Assembly: GCA_047967505.1 (NCBI GenBank)
Contig: CM106538.1
Direction: 5' to 3' (one strand)
Origin: Dipteris shenzhenensis
Lineage: Eukaryota
Length of the DNA stretch: 64,000 nucleotides
Shown here piece by piece: positions 25,580-38,700 of this stretch (position 1 is its first letter; each line of letters begins with the position of its first letter). The translations under genes and the position numbers were made by a program. The notes beneath the pieces were generated by a model. That model was not told where the DNA came from and did no database searches. It saw only the letters and a program-made list of their open reading frames with translations.

Positions 25580-26260
25580 GTGACATGATTGAATGGGTGG
25601 CCAACCATTGGCCCACTAATACTATGTTTCACCTGAGCACTTGGGAGAAACTCTGGAAATGGAACAATGGTCAACGATTTGGGAAGACAAAAGCAAAAAA
25701 TATGCTCCTTTTGGTCTATGATGGTCTTGAGGATAGGATGAACATGATTTGGAACTCTAGGACTAGCCTAGATGGATGGAAAAAAAGACTCTGCATGTGT
25801 GCGGGAAGCAAAGCCTCCCCCTAAAGTCTAAATCACCCAATGGACTAACATTTAGCAATGGCATTTGTTGAGAGGAAAAAGTAGCAAAGGTGTTGACATT
25901 TTCTCATCTGTTCCATGTGTGGGAGAATGCAAGAGACCAATTTTCACTGATTTTGGCAATGCCCAAGTGTCATGAAGCTATGGTTCAACATAACTAAATG
26001 GATGAGGAAGCAAGTTTTGGAATTAGGATTACATGGGGACATTGTGTGCCAGGAGACATCAATGACATCTCTTCAACAACTACCACACCATGGCTAGCCA
26101 TAAGAGTTGTCATCTCTCATGTCTGGTAGGTGAGAAACTCATGAGTGTATGGGAAACTAGATGCCCAAAGATACTTAGCACCTAGGTTATAGTTGAGCTA
26201 GCATGCAAATGGTTTCAATCTCTAATAATGATAGGAAATAAGGAGTGGCAATAGAATGCC
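25580..26260 (+). mobile_element. Decayed L1-type LINE 3' end (zf-RVT region)
   Basis: WEKLWKW...KTKAK followed by ICSMCGRMQETNFH*FWQCPSVMKLWFNITKW (~25905-26003), matching the C..C...ET..H.FW.CP....W pattern. Confidence 0.55.
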
Positions 26261-27559
26261 AGATACCTTGGGAATTGCTTGCCAACATGAGCAATATAAC
26301 TACTTCCAAGCCTTTGACAAAGCTGCACCTTTCTTTTGATCAAAAAATCATTTCCTCACTTTAATATAGATTTTTGTTATTGGGGGAAAAATTAAGGAAG
26401 ACTCAAGAGGATGCAATGGTGGTGCCCTAGAAGGCCGTGCCTAATGGCAGTATGCCATAAGTAGGAAATCTATTAGAAATAACACTCGCTGTTCCTTATA
26501 TTTTTTAGGGGAAAACGTTTTCCCCTTCTATTTCCCATGACAATGTGACATTATACCGTTTTTGCACTTAGTCATTCTCCATCATGTAGGCATCTTCATC
26601 GCGCACATATAGAGCTCTACCCGCATGCTGTGGAGTTTTAGGATGATCAATGCCGAATTAAAGATCCTAGAAAGGGATATGTAGTGGTTACCACTGGCAC
26701 TTATGATAAGGGTCTTTATAAGTTCTTGCATGACAACATCATCCATTGCATGTGGAGGAACAAAATCAGCATGTGGCTGAATACAGACGTTTTCACACAC
26801 TCAAGCATTCTCCAACACGAAGACAACCATGAATATTTTAGGAAAGGGGATGTGGGTGCAAAAGGAGGGAGTGTGGGAAAGGTCTTAAGGAAAGTGTCGT
26901 GGGAAGCTTGCAGGCAATCGATGGCACAACTGAGAACTTGTCAAGCTAGCCACGGCACTTTCTTGTCCATCAAGGTTAGTCGTGAGCAAATAGTCCTTTT
27001 TGATATTGATAGGGAGCCATTCTGCCAGTGTAAGAAAAGTGACAAAAAATCCTTTTCTCACGATCTAGCCGGTCATACTTGCTAGTGGCGAGGGCACCTG
27101 GGTCTTGAGGAGGGGGGGGGGGGGATTGCAAAAGGAGGGAGTGTGGGAAAGAGAGCACCAAGGTCTTGAGGTGCTAAGGGCAAGTTCAGACTGTGCGGAC
27201 ACACTAGCCGTATAATGACATGGTGCAGTCTATTCGATTTTGGAATTTGTTCGGGCGGAAGGAGGCGTGGTCACCCGTGGTCCCCCCTCGCCCAAGCATC
27301 GATCGTTGCAGCTGTGGCAGAACGAAATTAGAGGTGTGAACCAGCCAATGATGTGTGAGAGAGCAAGAGTCAAATGTGTGCACCCCCTCCGAACATCGGG
27401 CCAAAGGGGGAGAGGGGGTGGCAAGAGCGAGAGAGGATGACATGAGCGTTTGAGATGGTCCCAATGAAAGTAGGGATGGTTCCAATGCGACTTCAATATA
27501 TATTATGATGATAGAAAAATAGAAATATATGCATTTCCATGACAATATAAAATAAGAAA

Positions 27560-27702
27560 GGAGAGGAAGGCAGAGGGGCGACAATGTCTCATCAAATGGT
27601 CTTCATTTAGTCTTGCCCTTCTTCATTCTCTTGTAACCAATTTCTCTCCGTTTTGTTGCTCTCCACTTTCGCCTCTGCCTCTCCGCATCTCCTTCGCCTC
27701 AG
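27560..27702 (+). promoter_or_regulatory. Putative TSS / non-coding first exon of the RNF170-like gene
   Basis: CT-rich tract in a CpG-retaining region, ending in a possible donor CAG|GTTTT at 27703; the first coding exon is preceded by an acceptor at 49636, so an upstream exon is required. The link is inferred. Confidence 0.35.
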
Positions 27703-29584
27703 GTTTTCTTCTTTCCTATCCCTCGCATTTTGTTTCTCCATTTGTTGCTGCCTTGCACCTTCAATCAACAATGCTATTACAGACAATCGGTCTTTACCCT
27801 TCCACGATTACATTACCCAAGCTTAATGACAATGCATGTAGGGTCTTGTATCGGCAGATCAGATCGGAGTTCCGCCACCATCGCCTTCGAGCTGTATTCT
27901 TCAGGAGAGCGTGCTTCCTGTAGAATTATTAGTCGTAGGCTGTATTTTTCAGGACAGCTTGCTTCCTAGCGACCGAAAATTGGAGAATGAATTGCCTCTC
28001 CTTGCCTTGGAAGGCGAAGCTATCTCTCTGTTGCTTAACTTTGCCTCGTTAGGCGCTCGTACATTTGGGTGTTAATGGAGTGTTTCCTCTGGAACGTGAC
28101 AATCAGCAAGTTTGAAGAGCGAATGTAGATTGTCCTTGAGAGAAGATCCTCTTTGCCCTCTCACTGTCCTTTGTATATTTGACCAAATACATGGTCTCCG
28201 TGTGAGGGCTTTTACTGAGAGTCTAGACCTTGTCTACGATTTGCGCGACCGAAATGTTCAAGACCGCCGTTCTGGCTCTTATGCTGGGAGTTTATGGGTA
28301 TCTACGTACGCGTCATGAGATGATGCCTACTTGGATTGCTATGATCTGGATCAACGTATCGTATTCAGTTTGCCTACGAAACTTGGATTTACATGATATA
28401 TAAGGAATGAGTCCGGAGTTTGGAGCTTTGCGGGATCACGTATTGATGCAGGATTCATCCTGTATTCAAGAGTTTACTATGGGGCTTCATTATTTACGAC
28501 CGCTGGATCAGAAACCAAGGATCTAGAGCAGGAACCTACAAGTCCCAAGCACCTGAATGTCTACCTCAGGCACTGGCACGATTGGGGGTCTCATGAACCT
28601 TCTGTCAATTACTAGCAGTGGCACATTATCATGTACCCATGACACGAGGATCAGGGGCCCAGTAGCTGTGGCAGAATCTGAAGCCTTGTTTTCATGGAAT
28701 GCCCTTAACATGTTTGCCACGACGTTAGAAGTGGTCATAGAGGTTGTTGTGAAAGATTAGGGGATATGTTACAGCCCAACGATATGTAGGTGACTTATAT
28801 TTGCCACGACTTTAGACTTGGTCATAGAGGTTCTGAAAGATTAGGGGATATTGAATTGACTTCAGCCAAACGATTGATGAGGGACCTGGAGGAAGTTCAT
28901 TTGAGTCCAGCGTTTTGAGCCTGTTAGGAGATCGTTAGAATCAGGTTACCTTGCATAATTGCACAGCACTGTGTGGAAGCTATGATACTACATAGGAAGG
29001 AGAGGTGTGTTGTCATGAAAGGATTTGCCGTATGATGAACTTCTTTTGTGGCTTGTTTATGCAAAGGCAAATCTCACAGAATCAATTATATTTTGTGTTT
29101 TTGCCATTGAAAGTGCCATGCTGGAATGTGGAACAAAATACAAAGCCGCTTTTGCTCTTTCATTTAGTCATGGTGTGTATTATATACTGCTTTTTGCTCT
29201 GTGTATGACTTGAGAGGTTTTAAATTTTTTTTGGACTCGAGAGGTTATGATGTCATGTTTTAGTTGTCCATTTTTTAGGATAACAATAGGTCAAGATGTG
29301 TTATAGATAGGTAGTGGGTTTGATGTGTTATTTTGAGTTCTCTAAAGATGCCATTGTGGTGGAGCCAAATAGCAACTTGCTGAACAGCTGCATTTAAAAC
29401 TGCCATATAGCTAATGGCTGGAGACAGGTGATCGTGTCACAAATTTTCCAAACTTGGCTCACATGGTCTGGCATGGTGTGAAGGAAGAGAGAGAAAGAAT
29501 GAAAGTCTTAGATCTAATCGAAAAGTGGGTGTTTAGATCATGGCAATATACACAATGAAGACATTTGGTGGGAACCAGATGTGT

Positions 29585-29633
<49 letters not shown>

Positions 29634-30459
29634 ATGTATTAACGTCTGCAGGAGGCCTCGCGGGCCTATGAGACAAAGTGCAAAACCAAAAGGTAACTCA
29701 TACAAGCCACTAGGGGCTGAAGCAAAGGGCGCACTAAGGCCTTTATTGAGTGCTATAGTGCTAAGCTAGTGAGCAGAATAGTAGAGTAGCAAAATATCTC
29801 AGAAGAGTATCAGGTGCTTAGAGCTAATGCCCAGGTTCCATGTATCCAGGAAACCTGGTGGCTCTTTGATGAGATGTGAGGAGCTCTCGTATATCTGTCT
29901 GTCGATCTATTTGTGGAGGGCATGGTCTCCTTGATCTCTAGATCCGGTGGGCTACGTCAAGGGTGGCGTCTCGTCTCTGGTGGTCACCTTTGAGGAGGGA
30001 CTGAAATAGGCCGAACTACGATCTCGTGTGCTCTGGTCCCTCTTTGTGTCTCACCTGGAGTGCGTGCCTCTCATCTAGCAGCATCGTGGTGGGGACTCCT
30101 ACTACTAGTCCATGATGCTCTCATCTCATTAAGCTCCTCTCCCTCTCCCTCAACCTCATCGGCAGCTGACTCAGATGCATAGAAATCCGTAACAAGTGTC
30201 TATGCTTCGTCAATCTCGGTGGCCTGTGGCATCAATCCTTGCTGTTCTCGGGTCTGTCGCATCAGTATATCTCTCTGTTGTCGCATTTCAATCAGATAGA
30301 GCCCAACACAAACTTGATCAGGAAAATGCATTAGCTGCGTAAGTGGACCAAAGCCATGGGTAGACACATAGAAAGTGCTCCTTTGTCTCGATCTCCTCCA
30401 TCGGGCATAGTGTGCAGATCCTCTGCTCTCTGGGTATGCAGCTCCTCTGCCTCGATCCG

Positions 30460-30509
<50 letters not shown>

Positions 30510-31521
30510 ACGTCCTCGGAAGACCTTGCGGGTCTATGGGACAAAATACACAAACCAAAAACTACAGCATGAGTTAGAGACTGAGAGTCTGTGGGGGAGT
30601 ACAACAACTCAGCCCCAGATTATTAGAATAGCATAACATAACTACATTCAGGTATTATGTAAGAGTGATCTGAATAACATGAGTTTAAGACTGAGAGTCC
30701 TTGGGTTTAGGTTTGAAATCTCTTATCAGTGCTTGCCCATCTCGGTAGACCGCCCATTTACCTTCCTTCCTTGCTTCTTTCACTTTGATGAGTTCAAAAA
30801 CTGATATATAACCCGGAGACTATCAACTATCAAGGGTGACGTATCGGCTTTGACAGTCCCCTCTGAGAAGAGTTGAGATAGCCCAGACCTTCATTGTGCG
30901 TGCTCTCATCAGCCTTTGTATCGTATGTAGTCTCCGTGTCTTTGGCAGCTCCGCGTTGTCTCTTCCTGGTGACGCACTCTGCCCTCATGTCAGCTAGCTC
31001 CTCCTCTACTCCGCTATATCCTGGGGCTGACCCAAATGCGTTGAATTCTGTGACATGTCGTGCTTGGCACAGTTCCTCCTGTTGTTCGATCTAATCTAGG
31101 TAGGGTATCTTTGTGTTGCCGCATTTCAATCAGATAGAGGCCAACATAGACCTGGTCATGGAGCCGAGAGAGTGATCCAAAACCATGCCCCTCTTCAAAG
31201 AGACAATGGTATCGTCTGCGGATTTGATAAAAGATTGGGCACGTGCATAGGAAATGCTCCTTTGTCTCCATCTCCTTTAGTGTGAGTAATTTGCAGATCC
31301 ATTGCTTCCTAGGTGTGTGCCTGCAGCTCTCCCTGCCTCGATCCTCAACTAATGTGACGAAACTGGCATTTGGCCACTACCCTTTGATACTCTTAGAAAG
31401 TGGTTTGAATCTCGGTTGGGAACTCCTTGTTCCCCGAGTTGGAATAGATCCAACCATACAATACTGTTGATCTCATTTTGTGGGAGCAAGGGGGCTGGGC
31501 ATCCAAGCTGTACTTGGGGGG

Positions 31522-31561
<40 letters not shown>

Positions 31562-32999
31562 CTATTAACGTCCATGGAAGACCAACAGGTCTATGGGACA
31601 GCACAAAACCAACTAATACATCAGTTTAGGGAGGGCACATGGCAGCTCCCATAGAGTGCAAAAACATCTCTATTTATTTAGAGTAGCTACATCTAATAAA
31701 GCATAAAAACATATAATCGGCCATACATCAATTTGAGACTGAGTCTTTTGGTTTGGATTTGAATTCTTTGATAATTGCCATGCCTTCACAGTATACTGCC
31801 CATTTTCCATCCTTCCTTGCAGCTTTAACCTTCGCTAATTCAGTCGCTTTATTCTTCAGTTAAGCTCGTGTGAGCTCCTCAGCTATCCATACCTTAGTTC
31901 CTTTCAGCTTATGTGATTGGCGAAGAACCTTGGTTTGTAGTTTACATGACTTGAAAGTGATGACGGCATGTCCCTTGGAGTGTTTGATATTAGTTGCTAC
32001 CTCATCGTCATCATCTCCATCATCATCCTTCCATTCAATGTTGGGCATGGCTGCTTTGACCTGTGCTAAAGTTTCACTAAAAGAGTCCTCATCCTTGTAC
32101 CAGTTTTCAGGAAGTCGTCCTATCCGAATCTTCAGTGAGTTTTCACATTTGGCTTCATGCTCCTTAATCTCTTCTTGAATGTTAGTTTTACTTGCCTTTG
32201 CCTTTGTCTCAGCTTCCACACTTACCTCCTTCTTGACTATTTGTACTTCAGAGTGAATGGAGTCTTTAAATGGAGATTAGTTGAGGAGTGGGTTTGGCTT
32301 CACATTTGGCTTCAGGCTCCTTAATCTCTTCTTGAATGTCAGTTTTACTTGCCTTTGCCTTTGTCTCAACTTCCACACTTACCTCCTTCTTGACTGTTTG
32401 TACTTCAAAGTGAATGAAGTCTTTAACTGTGGAGATTAGTTGAGGAGTGGGTAGGGAAGCCTTACATGCCTTCATAAATAAATACATGATTGCCTTGCTT
32501 GCCAGGTCCTTCAAAAACTGAAGTTTAGTTGTCACGGCTGCCAATTGCATCTTTAAGTCATGAATCTCTTGCTGTAAGTAAAAGATATGTCATGGTGACC
32601 AATGATAGGCCAATTTAAACCTCCTTTATAGTATGTATGTGCCTACGGGAAAGGCATCTTAGCTACAATTGTGGAGTACTGTACTCGATTGGTCGAAGTC
32701 GGTGGTGTAGAGAGGGGGGAGGATTTTGATTTCGAGGAGAGGCTAGACCTCTCCATGCTGGTCATATGTGCAGGACCCCAAGCTAACGAACGCTCGAACT
32801 GGGCCAGGGGTCTTAGCCCAATTCGAGGTTAGTTCGCTGCTAGGCTAGGCAGGAATTGAGAAGTTAGACAAGGGCAGGGAAGTAGGTAGGCGGAGAGGCT
32901 ATGAAGGTTGAAAGCAGGTGAAAGCTAAGAGGAGTGGAGAGGTTAGGTGGCAAGCCGTGTGAGGGCTGAGCGGAGGGGAGAGGCTAGGCGGCTAGGTTG

Positions 33000-33059
<60 letters not shown>

Positions 33060-33636
33060 TACTAACGTTGTAAGAGGCCTCGCGGGCCTATGAGACAAAG
33101 TACAAGCCAAAAAGTAACTCATACAAGCCATAGAGGGCTGAAGCAAAGGGTTCACTAAGACCCTTGCTGAAAGCTAAAGTGCTAAAATGCTAAACTAGTG
33201 AATCAAGTGTCCAAATACTAGAGTAGCAAAAGCAAAATAACAGAGATAGGTGCTCAGAGCTAGCACTCCTAGTACATGCTCAGGTTCTGTATATCCAGGT
33301 AACCTAGTGGCTCTCTGATGAGATGAGAGAGAGAAAGAAAGAAAGATATATTAACGTCCAGGGAGGCCTCGCGGGCCTATGGGACAAAGTACACAGAAAA
33401 CCGAACTCATATAAGCCTCAGTGGGCTGAAGCAAAGGGCATGCTAGGACCCTTGTTGAGTATTAATCTATGCTAACAAAGTCATAATCATAGTATATAAA
33501 TAGTCAACTGCAATTGCATGCATAGTGGGCTAGATCAATCTATCCAGTATCAGAAACAAACTGAAAAACAAGTCAGTCTCGGGGTTGGTGTAGGCCATCT
33601 TCTCCCGGTCGTATTGATGCCCTCTAGGCCCTGGTA
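29585..33636 (-). mobile_element. Tandem stack of five RTE-X-like non-LTR retroposon 3' ends separated by (GA)n microsatellites
   Basis: Shared terminus (T/C)TAACGT..GA(G/A)..ATG(A/G)GACA next to GA runs at ~29640, 30508, 31566, 33063, 33352; ORF2 C-terminal RICTLCPMEEIETKEHFLC (~30365-30422) and METKEHFLCTCPIFYQIRRRY (31014-31271). Clade assignment from recalled motifs. Confidence 0.85.
31558..33003 (-). mobile_element. ORF1-only (HAL1-like) non-autonomous retroposon
   Basis: C-rich leader, broken ORF 32550-31728 with coiled coil, IRIGRLPE, AVITFKS...KVLRQSHKLKGTKVWIAEELT...KVKAARKDGKWAVY (L1-type ORF1 RRM/CTD pattern), then ~170 bp UTR and the shared tail; (TC)n on both sides; no ORF2. Confidence 0.7.
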
Positions 33637-35297
33637 TGTGCCATGTAGCTTTAATTATTGGCACTTAGGTCACCTACTCCTTTTAGTGTCTTATGACACC
33701 TAGTACTAGTGGTACCACTAGGACACTAGGTCCTAGGGTTCTCTTTCATTTTCATTCTAGTTGATTTGACGGCTTCCACTTCTTGCTCCACTCTTTTGCA
33801 TCCTTTTGCTTCCGTGAGCCTATAGTGGTATCAGAGCACTTCCTACTTGTAGATTCTTTTGCAGGCTGAAGGTGTCTCGTGTCCGTCATCTATTGGTAGG
33901 ATTCATTTACAGACTCAGCTGTGCATTTAGCCATTGTTTGGCTTCGATTTTGGGAGCAGACATTGCAGTAGATCTGCAATTTTTGGTGACATTTGGGGCT
34001 TTTGCATTTGGGCTACGATTTTGCAGGTAGATTGCAGATTTGCAGACAATTTGGGGTTTTTCCTGAATTTGCCCTATTTTTGGCTCAGCTTTGCTCTACA
34101 AATTGGGGCTTTTGGGTCTATTGCAAGCAGATTGCAGGATACTTTCAAATTTGCAGTGAATTTGGCAAGAAATTGCAGGCCATTTGATCACATTTGCAAA
34201 TTACAGCTTAATTTGGGGCTTTTCCAGATTTGGACAGCAAGTCCTATTTTTTTGCAGTTGCAAGCCTTGAGGCTATCTTTTGGGTCACTTTGTTAGTGCA
34301 TTTTTGACTTGTCCTATTTGCAATGGCTGGCAACAATCATGATTTATTTGGCGTTCTTCGTGAAGATGATAAGTTGGATGGCACCAACTATCCGATGTGG
34401 TCTTATCTCATGAATATATTCTTGTTGCAAGACATTTTTGGAACATTGTTTCTGGGATTGATCTGAGGCCAGCCAATACTGCAGTGGCTGCCCCTAATGC
34501 TGGTGCCTTTGCAGAGGGGACTCCTCTTGATGCTTTATCCTCTAGCACCCTGTTGCTGCTCCTCCAACTCAGGAACAAACAAGATGGGATGCCAGAGATG
34601 CAAATGCACATTCCTGTATTGCTTTATCATGCAAGAGAATCATTATTCCACACATCCGGTCATGCAGGACAGCAAAGGATGCTTGGGATAAATTGGCTTC
34701 TCTTTATCAGATTCGCAATGAGTCACGTGTTGCATATTTAAGAAGGCAATTGCAGGAAGTCAGCATGAATGAAGGTGACTCTATGGATGCATACTTGACC
34801 AAGGTCAAGGACCTCATGGAACAACTTGCCATTTATTGATGAGGTGGTGACAAATTCTCAGCTTGTCAGTACCACATTGAATGGGCTGCTAGATACATAT
34901 CAAGGGTTTGCTACAACCCTTCGAGTAGTGGCCATGGGTAATCCAAACCACTACTCTGATCAGCTAGTCACTTTGCTTTTGCAGGAAGAGCAAAGTCGTG
35001 CTAATAGGCAAGCTACTATTCCTGATCATGCATTTACTTCATCAGCAGAAAGGAAAAGGCAAGGCTTCCAAGCCTATGGGTAAGCCTAAATATGCGCCTA
35101 ACAGTGGCATTTCCTCCAATGTATCTCAAAATACAGCAGATAAGTCAAAGAAGAAAAGATGCAACTATTGTCGCAAGCCAAGGCATGAAATTTCAGAATG
35201 TAGGAAGTGCATTGCTTCGGAGAAGAAAGCAGGATTGACAGTAAATGCCTCACATGCAATTGAATCCCATGAGCCAGCAGATGCCTCACATGCACAT

Positions 35298-35765
35298 TGA
35301 TACGCTCACTTTTCTATTTTCACTGTTCCGTCGAATTACGGGCAATACGTAGTCACAGGCGTTGGCATCATAAGTTTTCCTCCCAGCCTCTCTTGTAGAT
35401 TGCATGCACACAAAAGATACGTAACTTTTATTTCCTTCATGCCTATCCACAAGCCCACAATTCCCTAGATAGTTCCCCCTTGCCACATGTCATCATTTTA
35501 GACCTTTAGCTTGGTACACCATTTACCCCTCTCTTGGGGCACAATTAAAACATTTGCCCCTTGGCATTATCACACATTTAGGTGCACCTAGGCCTTAGCA
35601 CTCAGAACCACCTAGTCGATGCCAATACACCCTCACCTAGGACCTTGGCAGTTACTTCCCTTGACCATTTTATTTACGCACATAAACTATTACAAAAGTC
35701 GGTCATCTAAGAGAAAATGCCCACCGATCTTTCCGAGGTCATGCTATCTCGGCTAGAGCATAACA
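35298..35765 (-). repeat. Chromovirus 3' LTR
   Basis: TG...CA, ~98% identical to 41462-41929. Confidence 0.97.
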
Positions 35766-35777
35766 TTCCTTCTCTCT

Positions 35778-38700
35778 TCAAGCATCAACGTCCTCGATGA
35801 TGAAATTTGGGAACACTCTCCGTAACTGGTATACGGATTCCCAGGTAGCTTTCGATAGAGGTAGACCATGCCATGCAACCAACACCGTGGGTATCTTCCG
35901 ATTGCACACTTGCATTGTTCCTCGGTCCAGGATTCTTGTTGGCTTGCGTCTTGCATTATCCTCTATCTCCTGAAACAAAACCACACCTTCGATTAGTAAG
36001 TCACCGGTATGCAAAAATTTTTTCAAACGAGAAACATGAAACACTGGGTGCACCTTACACCCCGGTGGTAATTCTAATTTATAGGCTACCTTGCCTATTC
36101 TTTTTAGAATTAACCATGGCCCACAATATCGAGGTGATAACTTAGTACACTCTCCTGCAGTCAAAGACTTAGAGTGCGAAGGAACTCTAAGAAAAACCTT
36201 TTCTCCTTCCTTAAATTCTCTAGCGGATCGGTTTTCATCCGCATACGCCTTAGCTCTATCCATTGCTTGGTGGATGTTAGCTCTCGCAAGTGCTAGCATC
36301 TCCCGCATTTGAACCACAAAGTTCGCGGCACTAGGCACTTTCTGAGGTATTCCAACTATAGTTGGATTCGCAGGCCTATAACCATAGTTCATCTCAAACG
36401 GACTGAACCCTGTAGAGGAATGTTTTCTATCATTGTAGGCAAACTCTAACAATGGCAACCACTTGTCCCATGTATGTTGCCTCAATGACATATATGCTCT
36501 AAGCATATTCTCTAAAATTTGGTTGATTCTTTCTATCTGACCATCCGTACGGATGATCCCCACTACTCATTCCCAACTCAGTCCTTAGTGTCTCAAATAC
36601 CGCGGTCCAATAATGACCGGTAAATTTGACATCTCTGTCTGACACTATGGATCCGGGTAATCCATGTAGACGAAATATATGTCTAATAAACAAATCCGCC
36701 ACTTGCGGGGCACTAACAGACTCTCTAGTTGGAATGAAGTGAGCCATCTTGGTAAGACGATCAACCTACAAGGATAGAATCATATCCACCTTGTGTTGTA
36801 GGCAGCCCTACAATAAAGTCCATGGAAATGCTCTCCTACTTAGTCGTATCTACAAGGGCTGTAAGAGTCCGGGTGGCTTCACCCGCTCTGCCTTACTTAC
36901 CTGACATGAAAAACAACGTGTCACATATTGATGAATATGCTTTTTCATCTTTGGCCAAAAGAAATCTCGCTTCACGAGATCATATGTCTTCATGACTCCT
37001 GGATGTCCCGCACATGGGCTATCATGGCACTGTTGAATGACTTTCTGCATGAGATCATTCTGACTAGGTACTACTACCTTGCCATTTCTTTTCAGCACAC
37101 CATCCCTTATGGCATATCTTGCATAAGTTTGGCCTTTTCTGGATGCCAGGTCATCCTTTTCCTCGGGTTTCAATACATGAGCCTTAGGCCAAAGGCTCTG
37201 GACTAACTCGTCCATCTTTTGAGTTTCTCTTATCTCGGCCATTAGAGCACTCTCTAACACCGTGAAACTCATGTTATGCATAATGCGTGACAACGCATCA
37301 TCAACTTTATTATCCTTCCCTCTTCGGTACCGAATCGTCAAATTAAACTCCTGCATGAGTTCTGCCCACCTAGCTTGGCGGCCTCTCAAGTCAGTTTGTT
37401 TACAAAAATGTTTCAGAGTATCACGATCAACATCCACATAAAACTCTGATCCATACAAATAATGTCGCCATGTTTTCAAAGCATGGACAACAGCATACAA
37501 CTCTAATTCATGAGTTGGCCAATTTCTTTGAGAGGGAGAAAGCTTCTTGCTTTCAAAGGCTACTGGCCTTCCCTCTTGGAGGAGAACTGCTCCTACCGTA
37601 ATGCCACTTGCATCGGTTTCTAGGAACAACGGTTTCTGGGATCAACTATTTTTAACACCGGTCCTGTGACCACAGCTTGTTTTATGGTGTTAAAACTTTC
37701 TTGTTGATTTTGTCCCCATATAAAAGGTACTTTCTCTGAGGTCAGATCAGTCAATGGCGATACTATTTCGGAATATCCTTTGATATGCCTTCGATAAAAT
37801 TGGACAAATCCCAAGAATGATCGCAAAGCGGTCAGACTTTGAGGGATTGGCCAAGTCAGTATCGTAGCCACTTTCTTTGGATCCATTTCCACCCCCTCTG
37901 GAGTAATTATGAATCCTAAATATTCAAGTCTAACCATACACAGTATAGTTTTCTTCTTATTTACATAAAGACTGGCTTTCCTCAAAGTAGTGAACACTAT
38001 TCTCAAGTGTTCACGATGCTCAGTAATACTTTTACTGAATACAAGAATATTGTCAATAAAATGTACTACAAACTTTCTGATATACGGACGTAGTAAATCG
38101 TTCATAAGCATGACGAATCTAGCTGGAGCATTGGTAAGTCCAAAGGGCATTACCAAAAACTCATAATGACCAAGCCTACTTCTAAAAGCGGTTTTATGCA
38201 CATCCTCGACTCTAATACGGATCTGATGGTAGCCACACTTAAGATCTATCTTACTGAAAATTACGGCCCTATGTAATGCATCTAGCAAATCATCGATCTG
38301 AGCCATCGGATACCTGTGCTTAATAGTGATATTATTCAATGCTCTGTAATCTATACAGAGACGGAAAGTATTATCTTTCTTCTTCTTTAATATCACTGGC
38401 GAAGCAAAAGGTGAAAAACTGGGTTGAATCTGCCCCAGCTTGAGGTATTCTTCCAGTTGTCTTTGCACCTCAGCTTCTTCTGTAAAGATTAATCTATAGG
38501 GAGGTCTATTTACACGTTCTGTCCCCGGGATCAGCTCAATTTTATGTTGAACATTCCGCTCTGGAGGTAACCCATAAGGTAACTCATCCCTAAAACAATC
38601 AGAGAACTTCTCCGATATCTCTTTAGCTAACTCGGCCATTTTTCCATCTTGGGTAGCCTCAGTGCTAGCCGATGCATCATCAATCGACTCTATCGATGCT

